Origin: Acidimicrobiales bacterium
GTDB lineage: Bacteria; Actinomycetota; Acidimicrobiia; Acidimicrobiales; VFJN01
Length of the DNA stretch: 64,000 nucleotides
Assembly: GCA_035296625.1 (NCBI GenBank)
Contig: DATHAO010000049.1
Span: 3,264-67,263, forward strand
Direction of reading: 5' to 3'
In this document: in pieces, positions 54,368-62,776 of the stretch
Numbering within the stretch: the stretch's first letter is position 1
How the letters are laid out: every line of letters starts with the position of its first letter
Notes under the pieces: generated by a model
Told to the model about the DNA's origin: nothing
Database searches by the model: none
Seen by the model: the letters and a program-made list of their open reading frames with translations, nothing else
Made by a program: the position numbers and the translations under genes

Positions 54368-56084
54368 CGCAGGCGGTGGTGACCTGTTCGCCATCGAGGA
54401 ACGCGAGGTCGACGGCCGGCCACTGCGGGTTTTCACGAACGCCCCGCCGTCGCTGCGTACCATCTGGCAGCTGAGCGCCGGGCACGGCGACGCGACCTAC
54501 CTCGTCTACGAGGGCGAACGCACCTCCTACGCCGAGGCGCACACACAGGTCGCCGCCCTGGCCCACCACCTGGCCGGCTCTCTCCGCGTCACCAAGGGGG
54601 ATCGTGTTGCGATCGCCATGCGCAACTACCCCGAGTGGGTCGTGGCGTTCTGGGCGGCCGCCGCGGTCGGGGCCGTGGTCGTGCCGCTCAACGCCTGGTG
54701 GACGGGACCCGAGCTGGCCTACGGCCTGACCGACTCGGGCGCCAAGGTGCTCGTGGCCGACGGCGAGCGGCTCGAGCGGCTCGGGCCGCACCTCGCGGGC
54801 ACGGGCGTCGAGGCGGTCATCGCCGCCCGGACCGACGCGCCCGTCCCACCGGGCACGCGCGCCTGGGCCGACGTGCTGGACGAGGCGCTCGACCGCAGCG
54901 GCGGCGACGCCACGCTGCCGCCGGCCGAGGTCGGTCCCGACGACGACGCCACGATCATGTACACCTCGGGCACGACCGGCCGGCCCAAGGGCGCGGTCGG
55001 TACGAATCGCAACGTCGGCGCCCACATCATGAACGTGATCTACGCCACCACGGCCCCGCCGGCGGACGCCGTGGAGCCGGCCGGGTCGGGCGGGTCGGCC
55101 CCGGCGGGCGGGGCGAGCGGACTAGTCGGGGAGCGGCCCGTCACGCTGCTCACGTTCCCGCTGTTCCACGTCGGCGGGCTGCACTCGTTCCTGCTCCCCT
55201 ACACGGTGGCGGGCGGCACGGTCGTGCTGCTCTACCGGTGGGACACCGCCACCGCCCTCGACCTGGTCGAGCGCGAGGGCGTGACCGCCATCGGCGGCGT
55301 GCCCACCACGATGTTCGAGCTACTCGACGAGGCTCGTCGCCAGGGCCGGGACCTGCCCACGCTGACCGGGGTGGCGTCGGGCGCCACGTTGGTCCCGCCC
55401 GAGTTGGTGCGCCGCATCGACGGCCAGCTCGGCTCGCGGGCGGCGCCCACGAACGGCTACGGGCTCACCGAGACGGCGGGCGCCGCGATCGCCAACGTAG
55501 GCCGCCGCTACCTCGACCGGCCGAACAGCGTGGGCCAGCCGATCTCACCGGTGATGGAGGTGCGCATCGCCGACCCCGACGGGCGGCCCGTGCCCGCCGG
55601 CGAGACCGGCGAGGTCTGGCTGCGGGGGCCGACGGTGTTCCGCGGGTACCACGGCAACTCCGGGGCGACCGCGGCCGCCCTCACCGACGACGGCTGGTTC
55701 CGCACAGGCGACGCCGGCATGCTCGACGACGACGGCTACCTCTACGTCGTCGACCGGCTGAAGGACGTGATCATCCGCGGGGGCGAGAACGTCTACGCCG
55801 CCGAGGTCGAGGCGGTGCTCTACGAGCACCCCGACGTGGCGGAGGCCGCCATCGTCGGCGTGCCCGACGAGCGCCTCGGCGAGCAGGTCGCCGCCGTCGT
55901 GCGGTTGCGGCCGGGCGCGGTGACCGGGGCCGAGGCGGTCCGGGCGCACGTGGCGGCCCGGCTGGCAGCGTTCAAGGTGCCGTCGGTCGTGCACCTCACG
56001 CCGGACGCGCTGCCCCGCAACGCCGCGGGCAAGGTCCTCAAGCGGGAACTGCGGACGCAGCTCGCGGGCGAGCCGGTGGCCTGA
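54360..56084 (+). CDS. AMP-dependent acyl-CoA synthetase/ligase
   Basis: ATG has an 8-nt overlap with the upstream gene. Contains YTSGTTGRPKG, GYGLTETAG and TGDAGMLDDDGYLYVVDRLKDVI...GKVLK. Confidence 0.88.
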   Translation: MGDAGGGDLFAIEEREVDGRPLRVFTNAPPSLRTIWQLSAGHGDATYLVYEGERTSYAEAHTQVAALAHHLAGSLRVTKGDRVAIAMRNYPEWVVAFWAAAAVGAVVVPLNAWWTGPELAYGLTDSGAKVLVADGERLERLGPHLAGTGVEAVIAARTDAPVPPGTRAWADVLDEALDRSGGDATLPPAEVGPDDDATIMYTSGTTGRPKGAVGTNRNVGAHIMNVIYATTAPPADAVEPAGSGGSAPAGGASGLVGERPVTLLTFPLFHVGGLHSFLLPYTVAGGTVVLLYRWDTATALDLVEREGVTAIGGVPTTMFELLDEARRQGRDLPTLTGVASGATLVPPELVRRIDGQLGSRAAPTNGYGLTETAGAAIANVGRRYLDRPNSVGQPISPVMEVRIADPDGRPVPAGETGEVWLRGPTVFRGYHGNSGATAAALTDDGWFRTGDAGMLDDDGYLYVVDRLKDVIIRGGENVYAAEVEAVLYEHPDVAEAAIVGVPDERLGEQVAAVVRLRPGAVTGAEAVRAHVAARLAAFKVPSVVHLTPDALPRNAAGKVLKRELRTQLAGEPVA

Positions 56085-57563
56085 GTGACCACCTCGGACA
56101 TCACGGGCGAGGGCGTGACCGGGGACGGCGCTGGCGCCGAGCGGGTGACCGACGACGGCGCCACCGGCGAGCGGGTGACCGGCGACGGCGCCACCGGCGA
56201 GCGGGTGACCGGCGACGACGCCGCAGATGGATCCCCGGTCGCCGAGCCGAGCGGGGGGGTGCCGCCCGAGGTGGCGGCCCGCCTGGTGCGGGCGCTCGAC
56301 CGGGCGCCGTCGATGTTCGTGACGCTCATCGACGCCAACATGCACTCCGCCTGGCTGAGCACCTCGGCCACGTGGATCACCGGCACCGATCCCGTGAGCC
56401 GGCCGGGCCGTCACGCGCTCGAGCGCATCCACCCCGACGACGTCCCCCGGCTGATCCACGGCATGGAGCAGCTCCGGGCGGTGCCGCCCCGGGGCGGGAC
56501 CGGCGTGCCGGTCGTCGAACCGCTCCGCTACCGCATCCGGCGCCCGGACGACACGTGGATCACCGTCGAGGCCTTCGCCCAGAACCTTCTCGAGGACCCC
56601 GAGGTCCAGGGCCTGCTGGTCATGGGACGCCGGGTCGGCGGCGAACTCGACGGCGTGGGCCACGTCGTCGACCTGCTGGTATCGGACGCCGCGCTGCCCT
56701 GCGTGCTCGCCGCCTGCGCGGACCTCGTCCCCCACTACCTCGGCGCGGCCGCGGTCGTGGGGCTGGTCGACGGCGACGTCGTGGTCGGCACGCCGGCCGG
56801 CAGCCCGGTCGGGCGGCTGGCCGCCGACGAGCGGTGGTGGCGCGACGCCGTCGGCGACTGCAAGACCCGGACCACCGCCGGCTTCGCCGGCTTCCCCGAC
56901 GACCTGGCTGCCGAGGCGTACGACGCGGGCTTCCGCTCGGTGTGGGTCGTGCCGCTGACCGACGCCACCAGCGGCGACGCCCTCGGAGCGGTCGTCGCCT
57001 GGGTGCGCCTCGACGTCGAGCTGAACATCGCCACCGAGGACGGGCTGCGCCAGGCGGCCCGCCTGGCCACGCTCGTCATCGGCGAGCAACGCCGCCACGA
57101 GGCACTGCGGCGGGAGGCGATGACCGACCCGCTGACCGGGCTCGGGAACCGCTCCGCACTGCGGCGGCGCCTCGATGCCGACCACAGCCCGGTGACTGTG
57201 GCGCTCGTCGATCTCGACGGGTTCAAACCGGTGAACGACACCCACGGCCACGAGGTCGGCGACGAGGTGCTCCGGGTCGTCGGCCGGCGCCTGCTGGCCG
57301 CCGTGCGCGAGGACGACTGCGTGGTTCGCTTCGGCGGCGACGAGTTCGCCGTCGTGTTCGCGGACGGCACGACGCCCGACGGCGTGTCGCGGGCGACCGA
57401 GCGGATCGCCGCCGCAATCGGGACGCCCCTCGAAGCCGCCGGCGGCCTGACCCTGGCGGTGACCGCCAGTATCGGCGTGGCGACGGCGCCGCCGACCGAG
57501 GTGGTCCCGTTGGCCGACCGCGCCCTCTACCAGGCGAAGGCCCGGCGGGACACGCCCCGCTGA
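56085..57563 (+). CDS. sensor diguanylate cyclase (PAS/GAF-like N-region + GGDEF)
   Basis: The GTG immediately follows the upstream TGA. Contains DPLTGLGNR, and REDD-CVVRF-GGDEF (an RxxD I-site 5 aa before GGDEF). A PAS-like segment is HPDDVPRLIHGMEQL...YRIRRPDDTWITVEA. Confidence 0.85.
   Translation: MTTSDITGEGVTGDGAGAERVTDDGATGERVTGDGATGERVTGDDAADGSPVAEPSGGVPPEVAARLVRALDRAPSMFVTLIDANMHSAWLSTSATWITGTDPVSRPGRHALERIHPDDVPRLIHGMEQLRAVPPRGGTGVPVVEPLRYRIRRPDDTWITVEAFAQNLLEDPEVQGLLVMGRRVGGELDGVGHVVDLLVSDAALPCVLAACADLVPHYLGAAAVVGLVDGDVVVGTPAGSPVGRLAADERWWRDAVGDCKTRTTAGFAGFPDDLAAEAYDAGFRSVWVVPLTDATSGDALGAVVAWVRLDVELNIATEDGLRQAARLATLVIGEQRRHEALRREAMTDPLTGLGNRSALRRRLDADHSPVTVALVDLDGFKPVNDTHGHEVGDEVLRVVGRRLLAAVREDDCVVRFGGDEFAVVFADGTTPDGVSRATERIAAAIGTPLEAAGGLTLAVTASIGVATAPPTEVVPLADRALYQAKARRDTPR
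56109..56222 (+). repeat. 30-bp tandem repeat x about 3.8 at the 5' end of the GGDEF gene
   Basis: Units start at 56109, 56139, 56169 and 56199 (GAGCGGGTGACCGRCGACGGCGCCACCGGC). They encode GE(G/R)VTGDGA(G/T) decapeptides. Confidence 0.85.
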
Positions 57564-57612
57564 GCCCGCCGGGACACCCCCGCTGAGCCCGGCGGGACAC
57601 CCCCGCTGAGCC
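57544..57612 (+). repeat. 23-bp tandem triplication covering the stop codon and 3' flank of the GGDEF gene
   Basis: Units are 57544-57566, 57567-57589 and 57590-57612 (SGSCGGGACACSCCCGCTGAGCC). The functional TGA (57561-57563) lies in unit 1, and each copy carries its own TGA. Confidence 0.85.
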
Positions 57613-57789
57613 AGGCGGCCCGGCGCGTCCGTGTCCGGTGACGGATCGGGTCGCCAACCGACCGGATGCGTCAGCGGACCCGACCGACCCGGCCCGCCGA
57701 CGCCGAGACCGCCGTGCCACGGCTCCGCCGGAGCTCGCTGCGGTGCGCGTGCCCGTCGGCCCACGGCCCGCCGGCTCGCAGTCGGCCGC

Positions 57790-58404
57790 TCACGGTCGTC
57801 GGCGCAGCGTCGCCTCGAGGTGGTGCTGGTGGGGCTGGCCCACGGCGCCCATCGCCACCTCGTAGCGCAGCTCGTCGCCGACCACGACGATGCGGCGCTC
57901 CGTCGTGAGGACCTCCTTGGCCGTGGCCGTCCGGGCGACCTCGGTCGAGCGGACGTGCACGGTGAGCCCGTCGGCGGTGGCGACCGCCTCCCCGGCGGCC
58001 AGCTCGGCGAGGCCCGTCGGGTGGGCCAGTACCAGCTCCACGGCGATACCGACGGCCGCGCCGCCTTCCGGGGCGCCGGCGACGTCGGTCGGCTCGGCGA
58101 CGTTGCCGCCGGCCGTCGGGACGACGTCGGTGGGGGCGGCGGGGGCGGTGCCGGCGGCCGTCGGGCCGACGCCGCGCAGGTAGCCCGACTCGGCGTGGGC
58201 CGGCAGACCGGTATCGAGGCGCCGGGTGGCCTGGCGGTAGGCGAGGAACGGCTTGCCGACGTGCCCGAACGAGATCTCTTCGCGGTAGGAGAAACCCTCG
58301 ATCGTGGGGTAGGTGCCCACCCCCTCGCCGACCCACGTGCCGAGCAACGGAGCGAGCACGGCGACGTCGGGGTGCAGTGCCGGCGACGGTGTCTCAGTAC
58401 CCAT
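57790..58404 (-). CDS. nitrobindin / FABP-like (DUF1794) beta-barrel protein
   Basis: 204 aa from ATG 58404. Contains LAPLLGTWVGEGVGTYPTIEGFSYREEISFGHVGKPFLAYRQ...HAESGYLR. Has an extra Ala/Pro/Gly/Thr-rich insert of about 40 aa. Confidence 0.72.
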   Translation of the reverse strand: MGTETPSPALHPDVAVLAPLLGTWVGEGVGTYPTIEGFSYREEISFGHVGKPFLAYRQATRRLDTGLPAHAESGYLRGVGPTAAGTAPAAPTDVVPTAGGNVAEPTDVAGAPEGGAAVGIAVELVLAHPTGLAELAAGEAVATADGLTVHVRSTEVARTATAKEVLTTERRIVVVGDELRYEVAMGAVGQPHQHHLEATLRRRP

Positions 58405-58523
58405 GCGCCGGACCGTACCCACGGCTGCCCGACTGCGCGGGCTCCGAGCGGCCCGACTGTGCGCAGGCTGTACGGCCGCCGGTGTAGGCATGGGTCCCGC
58501 AGCCGGTCCCGAGGAGGCAGACG

Positions 58524-59225
58524 ATGCCGCAACGCCCTCCGTCCGTCCGCCCGCTCGCGGGCATCGCCGCGGGGCTCGTGCTCGTGACGCTCGACTTCCG
58601 CACGCGGGCGCTCGACCTGCTGCCCGATCCGCTCGGGTGGGCCCTCCTGGCCGTCGGCGCCGCCGAGCTGTCGCTGGTCGTGCCGGCCCGGGCGGCGGTG
58701 GCCGCCGCCGTGGCGAGTCTCGGGGACGTGGTGCTGCCGTACCGGTGGGTGCGCATCGACCCCCTCACCGGTGAGGTGGTCGACCGGCCGAGCGAGGTTT
58801 CCCTCGACTATCCCGAGCACCTGCGGTGGGACGGCCTGTCGGACCAACGGGCGCTCGTCCTCGCGGCCGCCGTGCTGCTCGGCGGGGTGGCCGTGTGGAG
58901 CCTGCTCGACGGGCTCGCCCGCCGCGCCGACCGGGCGGGCGCCGCGGCGGCGCGCCGGCGATGGCGTGTCCTGCAGGTCGTCGTCCCGGCCGTCTGGGCG
59001 CTCCCCCACCTGGTGATCGTGCTCGTGGGGGTGCTGGGGTCGGCCCGCTACGACCCGGTGTGGGACGGCCAGCTCGAACTGTTGTCCCTCGCCGGCGTCG
59101 TCGCCGTGGCCTGGCTCGTCGTCACGCTGGTCCGCGAGCGGGACGCGTCCTGGGCACTGCGCCCGGACACCGTCCGGCCGTCCCCGTGGCGCCAGCGCCG
59201 GCCCGGCGGCGCCGTCAGCGGCTGA
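58524..59225 (+). CDS. hypothetical polytopic membrane protein
   Basis: 233 aa from ATG 58524, with 4-5 predicted hydrophobic helices. High GC3. No family recognised. Confidence 0.55.
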   Translation: MPQRPPSVRPLAGIAAGLVLVTLDFRTRALDLLPDPLGWALLAVGAAELSLVVPARAAVAAAVASLGDVVLPYRWVRIDPLTGEVVDRPSEVSLDYPEHLRWDGLSDQRALVLAAAVLLGGVAVWSLLDGLARRADRAGAAAARRRWRVLQVVVPAVWALPHLVIVLVGVLGSARYDPVWDGQLELLSLAGVVAVAWLVVTLVRERDASWALRPDTVRPSPWRQRRPGGAVSG

Positions 59226-59607
59226 CGCCCGGCCCCGGCTCGGGCCCGCGCCCCCATACCGCACCGACGGTGGCCAGCAGCTTCGCCAGAAAGCGACCGA
59301 GGTGGGGGTCGAACCGGGCGGGATCCGCCCGGCGGACCGCGTCGACGGACCACCACCGGACGGCGGCGAGCTCACGCGGGTCTGGACGCAAGACGCGGTC
59401 CTCGTCGCCGCGGCACGCGAACCAAAGGCTGACGTCACGGTGTCGGGCACCGGTTCCCACGGTCGTCGCCTCGGTGACGAACAGCGGGCGGGGGCCGGGC
59501 GGGTCGAGGAAGCGTGGCGCGATGCCGAGCTCCTCCCGGGCCTCGCGGAGGGCTGTGGCGGCCGGGGCCTCGCCGGCGTCGACGTGGCCGCCGGCGGGCA
59601 GCCACAA
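59215..59607 (-). CDS. NUDIX hydrolase, N-terminally short (possible pseudogene or extension of the upstream ORF)
   Basis: Has the Nudix box GGHVDAGEAPAATALREAREELGI (GX5EX7REUXEEXGU). The only canonical start (TTG 59607) lies just before the box. The frame is open back to the in-frame TGA at 59659-59661. Confidence 0.5.
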   Translation of the reverse strand: MWLPAGGHVDAGEAPAATALREAREELGIAPRFLDPPGPRPLFVTEATTVGTGARHRDVSLWFACRGDEDRVLRPDPRELAAVRWWSVDAVRRADPARFDPHLGRFLAKLLATVGAVWGRGPEPGPGVSR

Positions 59608-59658
59608 GGCCGCCTTGCGGTGCTCGACGAGCAGGACGCTTCGGCGGCCGGTGTCCGG

Positions 59659-60141
59659 TCAAGCGACGCGCTGGGCGATCGTGAACAGGGCCGCCGCGGC
59701 GATGCAGGCGACGGTCCGCACGTGGTTCCAGGCCGTCCACGCCGAGACATAGCGGTCCCAGTCCGCTGGCGCCCCGGCGGCGCCCGGGTCGACGGCGTCG
59801 AGGGCGTCGTTGCGGGGCACGTGGTACACGATCGTCAGTACGACCGCGACCAGGTAGAGGGCGCTGCCGGCCACGCGGTACCAGGCGGCGGCATCGTCCA
59901 TCCCGTCGGCCAGCGACGCCACGGCGAGCGCGAGGCACGTCAGCGCGGTTCCGAACAGCGCCGCCATGAACCACGGCGTGGGCGCCGCCCGGTTCACCTC
60001 CTGCATGGCGGCGATGCCCTGCGGCTTGGGCCGGCGGGAGAGCGCCGTCATCACGAACACCGAGAAGGCGAAGAACACCCCGCCGACCACGCCGCTGCCG
60101 ACGGCCGAGACGGCCGTGAGCGGGACCAGCGATCGATCCAT
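59659..60141 (-). CDS. DUF1772 (anthrone-oxygenase-like) membrane protein
   Basis: 160 aa from ATG 60141. Contains GGVFFAFSVFVMTAL...GIAAMQEVNRAA...FMAALFG and four hydrophobic helices. Confidence 0.68.
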   Translation of the reverse strand: MDRSLVPLTAVSAVGSGVVGGVFFAFSVFVMTALSRRPKPQGIAAMQEVNRAAPTPWFMAALFGTALTCLALAVASLADGMDDAAAWYRVAGSALYLVAVVLTIVYHVPRNDALDAVDPGAAGAPADWDRYVSAWTAWNHVRTVACIAAAALFTIAQRVA

Positions 60142-60148
60142 CGTCGCC

Positions 60149-60982
60149 TCAGACCGCCCACACGCCGGTGGCGGCGGTGTCGCGGGCGTAGTCCGTGAAG
60201 TCTCGGGCCTCGCGGCCCAGCGCCTCGCGCACACCGTCGGCAACCTCGGCGTTGCGCCCATCGAGGACGCGGGTGAACAGCTCGGTGAGCGGCCCGACCT
60301 CCTCGGAGGGCACGCCGTGCCCGATGGCCGCCGCCGCGTACTCGCGTGGCGTGACCGGCAGGTACACGATCTCCCGGTCGAGGACCTTCGTGAGCTCGTC
60401 GGCCACGTCACCGAACGTCAGCGACCGCGGCCCGGTCAGCTCGTAGAGCCGGCCGGCATGCCCGTCCCCGGCGAGCACGGCGACGGCCACGTCCGCGATG
60501 TCCTCGGCGTCGACGAACGGCTCGGGGACCTCGCCCGCCGGTAGCGCGATCACGCCGTCGAGCACCGGCTGGAGCAGGAAGTGCTCGCTGAAGTTCTGCG
60601 CGAGCCAACTCGCCCGCAGGATCGTCCACTCGGCGCCGCTCTGCTGCACGGCTCGCTCGCTCGCCTGCGCCTCCTCCTCGCCCCGCCCGGAGAGGAGCAC
60701 GAGGCGCCGCACTCCGCTCGCCACCGCCCGGTCGGCGAACGCCCGGATCGTGTCGGCGGCGCCGGGGAACGCGAGGTCGGGGTAGTACACGACGTACGCC
60801 GCGGTCACGTCCGCGAGGACGGGGCCCCAGGTGGCCTCGTCCTCCCAGACGAACGGGGGCGCGCCGGCCCGTGACCCGATCCGGGTCGGCACGCCGCGCC
60901 TGGCGAGCCGCTCCGCCACCCGCCGACCGGTCTTGCCGGTGCCGCCGAGGACCAACGTCGTCTGCTCTCTGGTGTCTGCCAT
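60149..60982 (-). CDS. NmrA-family NAD(P)H-binding protein
   Basis: 277 aa from ATG 60982. Contains the LVLGGTGKTGRRV Rossmann motif and LLSGRG...WTILRASWLAQNF. Confidence 0.8.
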   Translation of the reverse strand: MADTREQTTLVLGGTGKTGRRVAERLARRGVPTRIGSRAGAPPFVWEDEATWGPVLADVTAAYVVYYPDLAFPGAADTIRAFADRAVASGVRRLVLLSGRGEEEAQASERAVQQSGAEWTILRASWLAQNFSEHFLLQPVLDGVIALPAGEVPEPFVDAEDIADVAVAVLAGDGHAGRLYELTGPRSLTFGDVADELTKVLDREIVYLPVTPREYAAAAIGHGVPSEEVGPLTELFTRVLDGRNAEVADGVREALGREARDFTDYARDTAATGVWAV

Positions 60983-61063
60983 GCCGCCAGTGAACGCTGG
61001 GCAGGTGAGATGGTCCATCGCTCAGAGGCTCGAATGCATGCGTCAGCGTCTACGTTTGGCCAG

Positions 61064-62005
61064 ATGGACGCGCTCGCCGGGCTGCTCGACGGCCCCCGGA
61101 CCCACGGGGCGTTCCTGCTCCGCGTCGTCATGGACCCGCCGTGGTCCATCCGCATCCAGGACGAGGCACCGCTCTCCCTTATGGCCGTGGTGCGCGGCGG
61201 GGCCTGGGTCCTCCCCGACGGCGGCGAGCCGCGGGCGCTGCACCCCGGCGACATCGCGGTGGCCCGCGGCCCGGAGGCCTACACCGTGGCCGACGACCCG
61301 GCCACGGCGCCCCAGGCGATCATCGACACGGGCCAGGTCTGCACCACCGTCGACGGCGTCGACCTCGCCCAGGCCATGGACCTCGGCGTCCGCACGTGGG
61401 GCAACGATCCCGATGGGTCGACGATGATGCTGACCGGCACCTACGAGACGACCACGGCCATCGGCCAGCGCCTGCTCGGGGCGCTCCCGCCGCTGCTCGT
61501 CCTGCCCGCCGGCGCCTGGGACAACCCCCTCGTCCCGTTCCTCGCCGGCGAGATCGTCAAGGAGCAACCCGGTCAGGAGGTCGTGCTCGACCGCCTGCTC
61601 GACCTGCTCGTCGTCGCCGCCGTGCGGGCCTGGTTCGCCCGGCCGGAGGCCGACGCGCCCGCCTGGTACCGGGCCCACACCGATCCGGTCGTCGGCCGGG
61701 CCCTGCGCATGCTGCAGAACGCCCCCGCCCACCCGTGGACCGTCGCGGAGCTGGCCGCCGAGACCGGCCTCTCGCGGGCCGCGCTGGCCCGGCGCTTCAC
61801 CGAGCTCGTCGGCGAGCCGCCGATGACGTTCCTCACAGGATGGCGCCTGGCGCTCGCCGCCGACCTGCTCCGCGAGCCCGACGCGACCGTCGGCGCGGTC
61901 GCCCGCGAGGTGGGCTACGGCAGTCCGTTCGCCCTCAGCACCGCGTTCAAGCGCGTGCACGGCGTCAGCCCCCACCAACACCGGCGACGGGCGCTGCAGG
62001 GGTGA
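61064..62005 (+). CDS. AraC-family transcriptional regulator (cupin-type N-domain)
   Basis: The C-terminal HTH pair is WTVAELAAETGLSRAALARRFTELVGEPPMTFLTGWRLALAADLL...VGAVAREVGYGSPFALSTAFKR. Divergent from the NmrA gene. Confidence 0.85.
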   Translation: MDALAGLLDGPRTHGAFLLRVVMDPPWSIRIQDEAPLSLMAVVRGGAWVLPDGGEPRALHPGDIAVARGPEAYTVADDPATAPQAIIDTGQVCTTVDGVDLAQAMDLGVRTWGNDPDGSTMMLTGTYETTTAIGQRLLGALPPLLVLPAGAWDNPLVPFLAGEIVKEQPGQEVVLDRLLDLLVVAAVRAWFARPEADAPAWYRAHTDPVVGRALRMLQNAPAHPWTVAELAAETGLSRAALARRFTELVGEPPMTFLTGWRLALAADLLREPDATVGAVAREVGYGSPFALSTAFKRVHGVSPHQHRRRALQG

Positions 62006-62103
62006 CGCGGCGCTTTCAGTCGGCCAGGTCGCGGGTCGGCGTGGATCCAGGCCCTTCCTGCAGGCACGTCCGGTGGAAGGCCCCCGGTGCGGGGGCGGCG
62101 GGC

Positions 62104-62610
62104 TCAGGCGCCCAGCAGGCCGCGCACGTAGCGCGCCTGGCCGGCGTGCTGCAGGCTGTCCTCCGCGACGCTGACCAGGCGCACGCCGAGCGTGACGGGC
62201 GGATGCCACCCCCGGTCGACGATGCGGTCGAGGTCGTCGGACGACAGCCCGCCCAGCATCGCGAGCGTGCGGGCGCCCACGGAGTCGAGGTGGTCGAGCA
62301 GCACCTGCGGGGACTCGGGCCGGACGGTGAGCACGTCCTCGGTCGAGTGGCCGTAGCCGGTGTTCGACGGGTCGGCGTCGAGGCCGAACCGGGGCGCCCA
62401 GTCGCCCGTCACCCAGAGCTGGTCGGCCCCGAGCAGCTCGGCGACGTGGCTGTCCTGCACGCGGGCGATGTGCCAGACGAGCCAGGCGATCGTGTTGGCG
62501 CCTGGGGCGGGAGCCTCGGTGAGCCGGCCGACGTCGAGTTCGTCGACGGCGTCCCGGGCGACCTCGGGGATGCGGCCGTAGAGGTCGATGAGCAGGGAGG
62601 AGACGTCCAC
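62104..62610 (-). CDS. DinB-family (DinB_2 / mycothiol-transferase-like) protein
   Basis: 168 aa from GTG 62610. Contains NTIAWLVWHIARVQDSHV...LVSVAEDSLQHAGQARY, a four-helix-bundle His triad pattern. Confidence 0.7.
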   Translation of the reverse strand: MDVSSLLIDLYGRIPEVARDAVDELDVGRLTEAPAPGANTIAWLVWHIARVQDSHVAELLGADQLWVTGDWAPRFGLDADPSNTGYGHSTEDVLTVRPESPQVLLDHLDSVGARTLAMLGGLSSDDLDRIVDRGWHPPVTLGVRLVSVAEDSLQHAGQARYVRGLLGA

Positions 62611-62776
62611 GACCGCGAGTCCACCACACGCCCGGGCCGGGCCGGCCACGTCGGCCTGTACCGCCGGCACGTAGGCTCTCGAGGACATCATCGGGAACCG
62701 GGCCCCCGGGGCGGGGCGCCGCCGACGCCATGTCCTCGCCCGATGGGCCGTCCCGCGAGGCTCGGCACCGAGCACC

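Noticed and set aside
55545-59750. 1401-aa minus-strand ORF, the longest in the track. Similar giants occur at 23153..26716 (upstream part), 20077..23307, 3881..6046 (upstream part), 13076..15589 (upstream part) and 45526..47400.
   Set aside because: Their translations are Arg/Pro/Gly/Ala-rich with no recognisable motifs. They run antisense or out of frame to genes with strong family signatures (acyl-CoA synthetase, GGDEF, ABC-F, dxs, ligD, fadD). Long open frames on non-coding strands are expected at this GC content.
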